From Octopus vulgaris (taxonomy: Eukaryota), in the NCBI GenBank assembly GCA_951406725.2, contig OX597814.1:202740001-202804000 (forward strand): a stretch of DNA of 64,000 nucleotides. The letters run 5' to 3'. Position numbers and translations under genes: made by a program. This document shows positions 51,888-64,000 of the stretch, one piece after another. Below the pieces are notes generated by a model that saw nothing but the letters and a program-made list of their open reading frames with translations, did not search any database and had not been told where the DNA came from. How positions within the stretch are numbered: position 1 is the stretch's first letter; the number at the start of each line of letters is the position of its first letter.

Positions 51888-52308
51888 TTCTTTTACTTTT
51901 ACTTGTTTCAGTCATTTGACTGCAGCCATGCTGGAGCACTGCCTTTGGTCAAACAAATCGACTCCAGGACTTATTCTTTGTAAGCCTAGTACTTATTCTA
52001 TCGGTCTCTTTTGCCGAACTGCATCGATTGTCAAGCGATGTTGGGGGAATAAACACACACACACACACATACATACATATATATGTATGTATATATATAT
52101 ATAAGACAGGCTTCTATCAGTTTCTGTCTGTTGTAAAATCCACTCACAAGGCTTTGGTCAGCCCAAGGCTATAGTAGAAGACACTTGCCCAAGGTGCTAC
52201 ACAGTGGAACTGAACCTGGAACCATGTGGTTGGGAAGCAAGTTACTTACCACACAGCTATTCCTGCACCTATAGCAAGCTACTTACCACACAGCCACTCT
52301 TGTGCCTA
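51888..52308 (-). mobile_element. SINE family B with a duplicated 5' head segment
   Basis: AGCAAG.TACTTACCACACAGC...CCTAT occurs twice (52237-52272, 52273-52309). Confidence 0.85.
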
Positions 52309-52433
52309 TTAGTGATAAATAACTAATTAAATTTTACTCATTGGTAAACAAGTCTTTGTTCTAAGGAGCTGTATATTTCAACAAAATTTTTATCCTGATT
52401 TGTGGTTTGGATATCAGAAACAGGTATATAAGT

Positions 52434-52850
52434 TTATGGCTAAAGAAAGATAATAACAATTGTTTTGATGTAGTAACGAGTAGCCTTGACTCTGCTGAAA
52501 TTTGTGAGCTCCTTCGGCTGTTAAGTTCTCTATTAGTTAAACAATAAATTCAGCAACTTAAATGTACTCTACCTGTGAAGACAGACTAATTATTACATGA
52601 AGTATGAATGCCTAACAATTAGATTCACAAAAGATCGCTTTGAATTATTGAAAGAGGGAAACCTAAACATAACAATTAAAACAAATTTACATGGAATTGA
52701 TTTTCTTGATGTAATTTTAAATCTAACAAGAGACATTCACCTTTTAAGAAACCAAATGAAAAAAATTACAATACAAAAATACAACCGTAATAATTCAATG
52801 AAATCTGTTAGTATACAGTTATCTTGTATTTCATTAGATCTTCCATCAGT
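52434..52850 (+). pseudogene. Penelope-like element reverse transcriptase remnant
   Basis: WLKKD...FDVVTSSLDSAEICELL (cf. FDVTMGSYDGAEICELVG), frameshifted LY.EDRL (cf. LYRDDGL), LNITIKTNLHGIDFLDVILNL. Confidence 0.82.
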
Positions 52851-52860
52851 AAAGAAGCCC

Positions 52861-53285
52861 TTTCTATTTCTTTACTACCCACAAGGGGCTAAATACAGAG
52901 GGGACGAACAAGGACAGACAAATGGATTAAGTCGATTATATCAACCCCAGTGCGTAGCTGGTACTTATTTAATCGACCCCGAAAGGATGAAAGGCAAAGT
53001 CGACCTCTGCGGAATTTGAACCCAGAACGTAATGGCAGAGGAAATACCTATCTCTTTACTACCCACAAGACAGACGAAATACCTATTTCTTTACTACTCA
53101 CAAGGGGCTAAACACAGAGGGGACGAACAAGGACAGGCAAATGGATTAAGTCGATTATATCGACCCCAGTGCGTAACTGGTACTTATTTAATCGACCCCA
53201 AAAGGATGAAAGGCAAAGTCGACCTCGGCGGAATTTGAACTCAGAACATAACGGCAGACGAAATACCACTAAGCATTTCGCCCAC
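52861..53285 (-). mobile_element. Tandem dimer of young family A SINEs with a short extra tail repeat
   Basis: Near-identical units at 52861-53050 and 53080-53285. Confidence 0.92.
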
Positions 53286-53837
53286 CGTTTCATCATTTAG
53301 TATCCGTTGTCCATGCTGGCATGGATTGGACAGTTGGAACAGAGCTGGTAAGCTGAAGCTGCTGCACTAGACTCCAGTCTGATTTGGAATGGTTTTTATG
53401 TCTGGATGTCATTCCTAATGTCAATCACTCCAGTAGTGTAATAGGTGCTTTTATGTACCACCTGCATGGGTGCCAGTTGCGTGACACCAGTATCTGCCAC
53501 AACTATGATTTCACTTGGTTTGATGGGTCTCCTTCTTAAGTACAGCATATTACCAACGGTCTTGGTCATTTGACATTGCCTCCATGAAACTCAATGCTTG
53601 AAAGGAGCTTTCTATGTGCCACCAGCATGGGTGCCAGTTATGTGACAATTTATTATAATAAAATATCAAAACAAAGTGAGTTTTAAAATGATATTAATTA
53701 TATTAAAAATATGTTAATTTCTGGGCTCACAAAAATATGAAAAATCATTTGGTTTAATCGTTCAACATTCAGATTACTCTGTGTCGAACTTAATGCTTTA
53801 TTTATTTACATTGTTTTGAATTAATCATGCATTATAT

Positions 53838-53883
53838 TGTTTTATATTGCATCTAGCCACCTTCGTATTTATATATATATATA

Positions 53884-53917
<34 letters not shown>

Positions 53918-54171
53918 AACACACATGTGCGTGCACACACGCATGTGCATGCCATAGTTGGGGTCGATGCCAGTGCCATCTGACTGGCACCTGTGCTGGT
54001 GGCACGTAAAAAGTTGTGTTCAAGCGTTGGGTCTTATGGAGGCAGAGACAGGTGACCAAGACCCTTGGCAATTACTGTGCTTGTGTAGTAGATCTGTCAA
54101 GCCAAGTGAGACTGTGGTCATGGCCTGTGTCAGTGTCAGGTCAATGACACTCATGCTGGTGGCATGTAAAA
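53838..54171 (+). repeat. Local duplicate of 57418-57772 inserted in a G1 MITE
   Basis: Shares the unique flank TTTTATATTGCATCTAGCCACCTTCGTATTT, a microsatellite and diagnostic C-family sequence. Confidence 0.88.
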
Positions 54172-55395
54172 ATTAGAGATTTTGATGATAAAACTGTTTA
54201 TTTTTAGAATGACATTGTAGGGAAGTTGTGAGAGGTTAGTTCTCGCTGCTTTGGACATTAAACAAGTTGAATATGTGAGTGTGATGTGGCTGGTTTAAAT
54301 TATAAGTGTTACTGCTCCATTCAGTATCAATGGAAATAAGTGTATTTCTGTTGAATAAACACTTTCCAAAACAATCATAACTGAATAGAATTTTAAATTG
54401 AAATGCTAAATTTAGCTTTAGCTGTACACACAATTTTGCTATATAAATGGCGAACATCAATAGGAAAAATCTTAAACATTTACATCTAATTCTCCCCACT
54501 CGTGTAACTATTTTAAGTTCGTAAGTTGTCAGTTAAACAATTTCTGTCTTTCAATAATTGATAGTTTTCTGTGCAAAAATATTTACAACTGAATTTTGAA
54601 AGATTATATCAGGTTAACTGACAGTAGTTTTAAGGATTGATTTAATCAGCATAAACATTGTTTTAAAAACCTAGTGAGATATTCTTGTTTTTTTTATTTG
54701 GTAAGAGGATGACACAAGTCTATCAAACCACATATAGTTTTTGAAAAACAATGTTAGAGACTATAAAATTATTTGGGTTATATTACAGCATGCAAAACTT
54801 TGTAAACAATAACAAGAATTGTGATCTTTTGCTTCTTAAGGAAAACGAATATATTGTTTAATAAAGGCTCCATTATAAACTGCCGTTCATATGTTTTTTG
54901 CTATCACAAATCAAAATATTTGTTAAAGTATTTTAAATCCCATCATAGCTGAAAACAGAATATTCATATAATACTTTAATCCACACTCTAAAAAAAAAGT
55001 CAATAATTCTCTTTAGTTAACATGAAAAATATGTTTTCATCATCATATATTGCAAAGACCTGCAGGCAGATAACTGAAAGCCTTACGTAATACCATTCAA
55101 ACTACATCAAAAGGATCAGCATCATCATCATCATCATCATCATTTAAATTTCTTTTTCCATGCTGGCTTTATGTTATTAATGTGTTTGTTCAAAAACTCT
55201 TTATATAATGTATTTTGTATATAAATAATAGATTGTTTCATTTATTAAGAAAATGATTGTATATATATAAACTAGCATTACTTTTTAATATTTCTAAGTT
55301 CTTTAGTGGTTTAAATTTCCAATCTGTATGTATTTGAGCTAAAAAAAATATATAATATTGCAGTAGTTTAATATTGTGATATATGTCTGCATAAT

Positions 55396-55525
55396 ACAAT
55401 ATATATCCTATGGGTATACGTATGCACAATATATACTTTATGGTTTCTATGTTTTCAATATACATACTCTTTGGTACATGTACGCATTGTATATACTCTA
55501 TGCTTTACATGTAGTCAATATATAG
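55396..55525. repeat. Degenerate ~30-bp minisatellite x4
   Basis: Recurring CAATATATACTCTATGG...ACATGTA. Confidence 0.6.
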
Positions 55526-56355
55526 CTGATGGCCAGCTCCTTCTCCTTCTACTTGTGCTGCACATGAAGAATATAGCAATAAGTAATTCTTAAGTGAACA
55601 GAGAAATAATCTGTTGAAAATAATGTGGGAAACTGAAGACATTGTATAGAGAATGGTGCAGAATGGAAAACCGAAATCTCCTCCACTGTTTCCTTGTCAT
55701 GCGTCTGAATTTAAAAGTAGATATATCGTGAATATCTATTTAATTTATTTCCAAAGTCTTTCAAAGCCTGTATCATTTTCCAAATTGACGGTTTGCTGTC
55801 TCACATTTCATTCTGTGTCTCTCCTCTGTCTCTGTGTATTCCGTTCTCAAATTGTAAAGAATATCAATTTGAATGCTTGAGGGAAAATATGCTTAGACAG
55901 GAAGTTTGAGTCTTAAAATATTTTAAGAGAAAACAGTTTACACACACACACATACTGACACACACACTGACACAAGTGTGATGAAATTGATAACAAATTC
56001 AATATGGTGGTTTAAGTAGTGTCCTAGAGACAAGGTTATTTTGGTCATAGACAAAGGGTAATAGAGAGATTTAGACCAATTATCAGAAATTATTAATGTG
56101 ATAGAATGCCTCTCAGCATATGCTTTCATATCAAAGATATAGTAAAAAAAAAAAAAAAAAAAAAAAAAGCAGCCAATTTATTTTGATAACTTTTCTGTTT
56201 GGATGTCTGCAGAATTTAGTTTTCATATTGGATTACAGACTAGCCATGGCTACCCAAACAACTCGTTACTAGAAAGATATATAGTTCTTATAAATATTAA
56301 CATTTAAATCACTTTCATTCATGACAGCAATTGGATACCAATAATGATAATGATG

Positions 56356-56386
<31 letters not shown>

Positions 56387-57472
56387 TAATGATAATACTT
56401 TTATTTCACTCACTTGATAGAGTAAAATGTCTTGTAAAAAAAAGTCAGTGGAAAATAATGACCTCTCTGGTATAAAATGAGAACTCTTAGATACGGACAC
56501 TGTATTACGTTTCTATTGATTTCTTGTAAGGTGAAATGATTGGTTTGTGAAGTAACTGCAATAGTAGACATACTACAGAGAATTCTTTCATCTTCTATTT
56601 CATCTAATTTTAGAGGATATTGTGGGTTTGTTTTTACTTGTTGCTGTTTGCTATTTAGTTATAATGAGAGGGGACAGTGCCCATCATCATTACAGATCCC
56701 CACAAACTTTTGGGTTTGTTTCAAGGATGCTCTGGTGATAATCTGAAGAATATGAGAATTCAGATATGTGAGCAAGGAAGAAGACTGGCTGGGAATGAGA
56801 AAGAGATGTTTTGTTTTCTATTTAATCCTCGTTTCAGTAAATGCCATTTAATGACCCTAACCTTTGAGAAACTTGGGGGATTCATTGATTCGGTTATAGG
56901 GGAAAGATCACAATGTTTGGTGAACAGAAGACAAGCAACAAAGGCCTTGGCAAGAGAATGCAAAGGTCGCTGTCCTGAATCATAGTGGCAGCATAATGCT
57001 GTGCAACTGATAAGAGGATGGAATGAGTGAAAGCTGAGCAATAGGGACTTGTGAACGAGAGATAAGAGTATGGGGAAAACAAGCTCTGTCAGTTTCTGTC
57101 AGCCTCAGCTATAGACATATAAAGTCCATGAGGAAACTTGTGTGTCTGTGTGTCAGAATGATTCAGCAAACTTGGGAAACAATGAGATGTTGCATTACCA
57201 TTCCATTTTGGAACATATATGTTTGTTCACAAGACTATGTCACACCTTTCTCAAAAACTGACATCAAAATATGAGTTATCTCAGGATGACCCAATAAGGG
57301 CTTAATCACATGGCTATGCATGCACATTATAAGGATCTTTGACTCTTGTTTCTAGCAATGTAGGTGCTACCCTGTACCCTTTGTGACTATTAGTGACAAC
57401 TGAAATTTTCCTGTTTGGTTTTATATTGCATCTAGCCACCTTCGTATTTTTATACGTGTGTGTGTGTATGCA

Positions 57473-57508
<36 letters not shown>

Positions 57509-57554
57509 CACACACACACACACATGCGTACACACACACACACACGTGCATGCC

Positions 57555-57941
57555 ATAGTTGTGGTCGATGCCAGTGCCGTCTGACTGGCACCTGTGCTGG
57601 TGGCACGTAAAAAGCTCTGTTCAAGCGTTGGGCTTCGTGGAGGCAGTGACAGGTGACCAAGACCCTTGGCAATTACTCTGCTTGTGTTGAGCTTTGTCAA
57701 GCCAAGTGAGACTGTAGTCATGACCAGTATCAGTGTCAGGTCAATGACACTCATGCTGGTAGCATGTAAAAAGCACTCACTACATTCTCGGAGTGGTTGG
57801 TGTTAGGAAGGACATCTAGCCATAGAAGCCAGGCCAAATCAGATCGGAACCTGGTGCAGTTCCCTGGCTTACCAGTTTTCAATCAAACCATCCAACCCAT
57901 ACTAGCATGGAAAGCAGATGTTAAATGATGATGATGATGAT
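57555..57941 (+). mobile_element. SINE family C variant
   Basis: Units, body and (GAT)n tail. Confidence 0.85.
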
Positions 57942-58429
57942 ACATTCTTTTACTTGTTTAAGTGAATATGTTGGAACAAATGCAATTTTAAAATATTTAT
58001 TTTAGACTAGATAACAATGAATGAGAAGGGCCTTTATCTAAAAACAGCATTAATTTAATAAATTAATAATCCTGTAGCTAATTTGATTGTCTATAATTAT
58101 AAACTGATATGAAACATTGCTATTAAAATTTTGATACAAATATTTCGAAAGTAATCAATATCTTGAAAAACTTTTAGATCAAGGATAAGGAATTACGTCA
58201 AGGGAAAAGAAAGTCTGTTTAGTTGGCATAGCATGTGTTTTTTAACAGAAGTAAAATTGAGTGAAATTTCTTTGAAATTCCTAAACAGGATAACGTAGAC
58301 TAAGCTGCTCTGTGTGCAAATATGAAGCAGGAATGATCACAGCAGCAATGCTGGTGCTCAAATCTCTGCTTAATTAGGATTGATCTGCAGTTAAACAACA
58401 ATAACAACAATGGAAATATAAATAATTGC

Positions 58430-58512
58430 CTGATAACTATGGAGATAACTACTTTCAAACCAACACGGCAGTGTATCAAGGCGGTGAACAAAGCCAGAAG
58501 GAATCTGTTCAA
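58430..58512 (+). pseudogene. Short CR1-like RT fragment
   Basis: ITTFKPTRQCIKAVNKARRNLF resembles the SDLKP..QC..A..KA motif. Confidence 0.5.
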
Positions 58513-58764
58513 AGAGGCTCTGGACAGCCGTGGCAACTACGTATATAACTGTATATAACAATTACTGGGTTTTTTTTTTTTTTGGTCTTTTTACATGGCT
58601 TAAGCACATAGTGCTCTTCTCCTGCCAATGAATTTGATTTGCTTTGATTTGATTTGAGAACATGTCAACGAGTCCTTCTTTGGTGATCTAAATAGTAAAG
58701 GGTTGTTTCAAGTATTCATCAAAAGAGGGAGAGAAACATTGAGATTCATCCAATGATTATCTAT

Positions 58765-58954
58765 ATTCTTTTATTTGTTTCAGTCATTTGACTGCAGCCA
58801 TGCTGGAGCACCACCCTTAGCTGAACAAATCAACCCCAGGACTCATTCTTTGTAAGTCTAGTACTTATTCAGTCACTTTTGCCAAACTGCTAAGTTACAG
58901 GGATGTAAACACACTAACATCAGTTGTCAAGCTATGGTAGAGGGACAAACATAT

Positions 58955-58994
<40 letters not shown>

Positions 58995-59127
58995 CAGGCT
59001 AATTTCAGTTTCCATCTACCAAGTCCACTCACAAGGATTTGGTCAGCCAGAGATTATAGTAGAAGACACCCAAGGTGCCATGCAGTTGGTAAATGAGCTA
59101 CTTACCACACACCCACTCCTGCACCTA
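58765..59127 (-). mobile_element. SINE family B
   Basis: Reverse consensus match. Confidence 0.85.
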
Positions 59128-59144
59128 TAGTATATATATATATA

Positions 59145-59175
<31 letters not shown>

Positions 59176-61669
59176 TACTTTCTAGATTACCAAATGAAGG
59201 AAGGGCTCATTAGCATGTTCCTCATACTAACCTCAGGTCAGTCCTAATTAAACAGAGCTTTGGGCACCAATATTCTAGATGTGACCATTCCTAGTTCATT
59301 TCTGACACATGGCAGTTTATCTAGAGGAGGGATTTCAAAGAAATTTAAACTCATTATTACTTCTACTAGAAAAAATGCATGCTACAACTGAACAGGCCTT
59401 CTTTTCCTTGATGCAATTCTTGTTTCTTCTCTAAAAATTCTTTAAAATATTGATTACATTTTAAAAATAACAGAAAAGTTTCATATCAACCCATAATTAT
59501 ACATAATCAAATTAGCTATTGCATTATTCATTGATTAAATTAATTAATATCAGTTTTAGAATTAAGGCCCTTCTCTTCGTTCATATTTACCTACTTTAAA
59601 AATAACTTTGAGATATTTTAAAATTGCATTTTTTCCAACATATTCATAGATCATCCAGTTTTAAACTGAAGCAAGTTTGCCTCATTTATCTCTAAATTCC
59701 CCTTCAGGCTGGATGTTCTTTGGCTAGTTTGGAATCTGAGTCAGTTTTTCAATTTTATTAAGATAATATTTATTTTTAAAAAATTGAATTAAATACAATG
59801 TAGTTTTACATTTTACGTAAGTAAATCTAATCTGTTGTTACAGCTTCGTTAATTTAATGAAGTTTGTTTAAAAGTATAAAAGTAACATTTTAATGTTGTA
59901 TGTAATTTTTAATTTCATAGAGAAAGCTTTACTGGTTGTCAATGAAGAAGTTAGCCCCAGGAGTGCTTTGATTAAGCAGGCCCCTGATCAACATGTCTTG
60001 TTATACATTTGGGGTATCCAGGACTATACAATCCTGTATGTCTTACCTTCTTTTTATGTGGTACATTACAGGCATGGTTGTAGATTCAGAGGTCACTTCA
60101 TAACCATATGGCTTCAGCAGATATCTTCTACTGTAGCCTTAGGCTAACCACTGCCTTGTGAATAGAATTGGTAACTGGAAACTGTATAGATGCTTTTTAT
60201 GTGTGTGTGTATGCACACACACACACTCACATGCGCATCAGATTGCCGAACAAAAAATGGTGGCACCAAGATTTCCTATAAACATGTCCTGTTTACTTCT
60301 AAAACAATTTGGTGACTAGAAGGGCATCAAGCCATAAAATACTGTCTCAAAAGAATCTTTGTCCAACTCAAACCAGCAAAGAAAAACAGCATAAAACAAA
60401 TGAACATCTAGGCATTTTCTGAGGGAGATTAGGCTATTATTTCTAGGTTGAGCTACTCCATATTGACTTCTCTCAATGATTTGGCTTGTTAGTTTTATAC
60501 AGACATTCTGATCTAATATGTCAGATATTTCCTTTTTGTTTCAAGTGAAATTAAACATGGAATGCTTTTATACTGTTAATTGAAAGGCCTCTTAATTTCC
60601 TACATGTTATAGATTTTAAATGTTTTAAATTTATTAGAATATTAAACATGTGCTGAATGTATTAGCTGTTTGATGACTCTGGTTCTATATAGCAGTGAGA
60701 TACGATCAGAGAAGCAGAGTTTCAGTATAGTATTACAGTGTTTTTGATCATTGTTTAGAAAATAATTTTTACTTATAAAACAGCATATTGTAAGGATATA
60801 GCTTTGATCTTTTGAAAATTTTATAACATCGAAAACATTTGCTAGTTATTCAAAAACAAAAACAAAACGAAAACTTATTAAATTTCAAGGCAGTGTTTTT
60901 GTTACTCTGTGTTATTGCTAAACTTGAATGAATGTGATCGGCATTTTAAATATTTACAGCTGTCTAATAAAGTTATAAAAGTAGTAAAATAAAAAGAAAT
61001 ACTTTTTAAAAAAGGAAGAGTTATTTTCATAATTTTAGTCTCTTAGGTTCTGATATGTTTTCCGAATTTATATTGGAATGCAATTTGGAGAGTGATTTGC
61101 TTTTTGTATTATTTTTGTTGTTGCAAAAATTCCTCAAGAACGATCACAATGGTAGTGTTTGACATTACATTCCCATGTCCTGGGAATCTTTTTTTTTTTC
61201 ATTTTTTTAATGGGATTTAAAAACAAAAAAAAGTCCATAAAACTGGAATTTATATCTAATCTTTCATAATAATTAAGTAAATAATCTGTATTACTTAAAG
61301 TAGATTAATAATAAATGGTTTGCTAAATTTACATATCATTTTATTTTTTAATCATAAATTTATTTTGAAATATTTCACACTGAAAATATTTAACTGGGAA
61401 AGAAAAATATTAAATTATATTGGTAAAATTTATACAATGAGCTGCTTATGTGTAAAAGAAAACTAGATATGTTCTCTACAAATTATGTTTAGGCAAAAAT
61501 GTATTCAAAAGTATTTGTATAAAATATATGCAAGGCTGGTTCTTTTATGTGGTAACCAACATTTTATAGATTATTCTAATCATTTCAGATAGTTTCTTTA
61601 TTAGTGAGACTTCATGTCAAAATAGTTTGTTTATTTTCTGTCTGTTTTCCATGCTGTCGTCATGTAGGC

Positions 61670-62279
61670 CAGTGGTTCTCAACTGAGGTCCATATGGCCC
61701 CTGGTAGGGTTTATATAATGTTTTTGGGTGTCCACGCAAGCAAAATAGTAAATTAGGAATCCACAGTAATATTTTAAGGGTCAGTGGAAAGTTTTGATCT
61801 AAATCAGTGATTCCCAAACTTTTTTGGCCTGCCGCCCCCTTGACACCCAGGCCACATTCCTAGCTCCACCACCCCAACTAACCATCACAAACATAGACCT
61901 CTTTCTGAAGCAAATGCAAAGTAACTGTATTTAACAAATAAAACTTAACCCAATGAACCCATTATTTTGTTATTTTTACCCATTATTGCCCCACTTTTCT
62001 TCAATGCTCCCTTGGAATTTACTGCCACCCCCAGGGGAGCAATACCGCCCACTTTGGGAACCACTGATTTAAATGTATGTATTGCAAGGGACATCTAGGT
62101 TTCTTTCTCTAACATCTTACATAGTTCAACCTACACAAGTTAATGGGGAAATAGCAAAATAGGAATCTTAAAATAACATCTCAAAAATTAGTTTTTAAAC
62201 ATCAAATAGTTATAGGGGTCCACCAGAGTAAATTAGTAGATAAAGGGGTCCATAGGTGAAAAACGGTTGAGAACCACTG
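61670..62279. mobile_element. hAT (Charlie-like) MITE
   Basis: TIRs CAGTGGTTCTCAAC / GTTGAGAACCACTG; 8-bp TSD degenerate. Confidence 0.85.
61805..62066. mobile_element. Second hAT MITE nested in the first
   Basis: TIRs CAGTGATTCCCAAA / TTTGGGAACCACTG; TSD ATCTAAAT / ATTTAAAT (7/8). Confidence 0.88.
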
Positions 62280-62399
62280 TGATAGATATATATATATATT
62301 ATATACGAGGTGTTGTTTTACAGCCAGATGCTCTGCCAGTTGCTAATCCTTGCCTATTTTGCAAGTAAGGGTTTGTTTGTTTTTTTTGTATTCCTCATT

Positions 62400-62695
62400 T
62401 CTTTACATGCACAAAACCAGCAGACAATCTGTTGCCAGGGAAAATAAAAAAAACATAAATGCACCCTTTTTAAAGCCTAGCCAGGCCCATGGGCCCGGTT
62501 TGCCAGTTTCTGTGGCACATGTGTTCCCCAGCTGGACAGGATGCCAGTCCATCGCAGCATTACTCATTTTTGCCAGCTGAGTGGACTGGAGCAACATGAA
62601 ATGAAGTGTTTTGCTCAAGAACACAATGTGTCGCCCGGACCACAATCTTACAATCATGGTGCTGACACCCTAACCACTAAGCCGCGTGCCTCCAC
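62400..62695 (-). mobile_element. SINE family D with V-domain-like block
   Basis: Minus strand GCGATGGACTGGCATCCTGTCCAG, CORE-like TTGAGCAAAACACTT and a tRNA head. Confidence 0.8.
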
Positions 62696-63080
62696 GTTGC
62701 CAGGACAAACAACAACATTACTGCTTTCTTGATCCACAATTTTCAGAGAAACACTAATGTAATATACACAATCATATATGCACACATGTGTACATGCTCT
62801 CTCTCTCACGTGCGCGACTTCTTTCAGTTTCTGTCCACCAAATCCACTCATAAGGCTTTGGTTGGTCCAAAACTAGAGCAGAAAACAGCTTACAATGGGA
62901 CTGAACCCCAAAAGCACGTGATCAGGAAGGCATATGTTCAATCATAGCCTGTTACATTCTTTCTAAGATTCTGTAAATCATTTATCTTCAAGATCCATGA
63001 TGCCAGATGAAACCATTTTTCACAAATGCATTACTATAGAAAATCATGCATATACTTATCTAAATCTCTCTCTGTCTCAC

Positions 63081-63114
<34 letters not shown>

Positions 63115-63812
63115 TCCATGCAGTAATCAATACAGTAAGTAAAAAGTCTAGCATGTTCGATATAAAGTTGAGATAGAATCTCTTATTTTGCTGCTGCATA
63201 TAATATATTGTCCCTTTCTTGTAAAGAAATTCTTGGCAACGTTATAGAATTCGGCATGTAACATACTATTGAGGTTTATTAAAATATTTTCTTTTTCCTC
63301 TGAATAAAGCTACATGAATGTTTCATGGTTAATATTATTGTACCAAAGTATGTCACATATTACTTTACTCTCTTTTTTTTCTACCTCCATCATACATATT
63401 TTAGATCTCAGTGGAATTAGACCCTTTATTAGATGTAGTTTCAGAACTTTATGATGCAATATTTTACCTATTATCTTTCCGTGACTGTATTAAACTATAT
63501 TTGTTATACTGAATATTTTCTGTTGGAAACCATGTGCACATCAATCCTTGCATTTAACTACAAGTGTTTTAATAGATTACGTGTTAAACATTCAATCATA
63601 TTCTAAGCATATTTCTTTCTCGTAGTAGCAGAACTGGGTTGATATTGATTTGCTTCTTTCCTCCTTAGAAACTTTAGAATTTTTTTCTCTCTACAAAAGG
63701 GAAATATTGGCACTGTTTATGTCTTTTTGTGAGGAAGTCACTAGGAAACTTTGAAAAGAAATATTGTGCAAAAATATATTCTCATACATATACATACATA
63801 CATACACACACA

Positions 63813-63843
<31 letters not shown>

Positions 63844-64000
63844 TTGGTTCGTATATGCTAGAATTATTTGGCAGCAACAAGGTAAAACATCTATCTCCTA
63901 AAATTATTTTATTTAATGTTATATATTGACTTGATAAAGAATTTAGTTGGCAGTGATTGTGAATTTTAAAATAGAAATGCTGAGAAAAGTTCCCCAAACA

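Larger units (their letters stand above)
57963..59646. repeat. Diverged long inverted repeat (arms 57963-58282 and 59328-59646)
   Basis: Collinear blocks TGAATATGTTGGAA.AAATGCAATTTTAAAATAT, GAGAAGGGCCTT, TAGCTAATTTGATT, TGATATGAAAC, GTAATCAATAT and AAATTTCTTTGAAAT are all mirrored. Confidence 0.88.

Overview
This is AT-rich, microsatellite-dense eukaryotic DNA. I infer a cephalopod (Octopus-like) genome from the SINE repertoire as I recall it; I have not verified this. No intact host protein-coding gene is supportable, and almost all ORF-track entries are artefacts of repeats, so the window looks intronic or intergenic. It is dominated by several SINE-like families (labelled A-E here). It also holds three internally deleted Tc1/mariner elements (two mariner, one DD37D), non-autonomous Helitron, hAT, piggyBac and pogo-like elements, and LINE remnants (RTE, CR1-like, Hero/NeSL-like, Penelope-like RT). 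The most interesting signals are structural. (1) A palindromic element in a (TA)n tract carries a hammerhead-ribozyme-like motif on each strand (7471-7712), near other foldback elements and in the same window as a Penelope RT relic. (2) One SINE family carries variable-number arrays of a compact H-type pseudoknot-like unit. (3) There is a 314-bp near-perfect hairpin and a diverged ~320-bp inverted repeat pair. (4) A local templated duplication sits inside a MITE. Repeat boundaries were read by eye and are approximate to a few tens of bp unless a TSD or TIR is cited.
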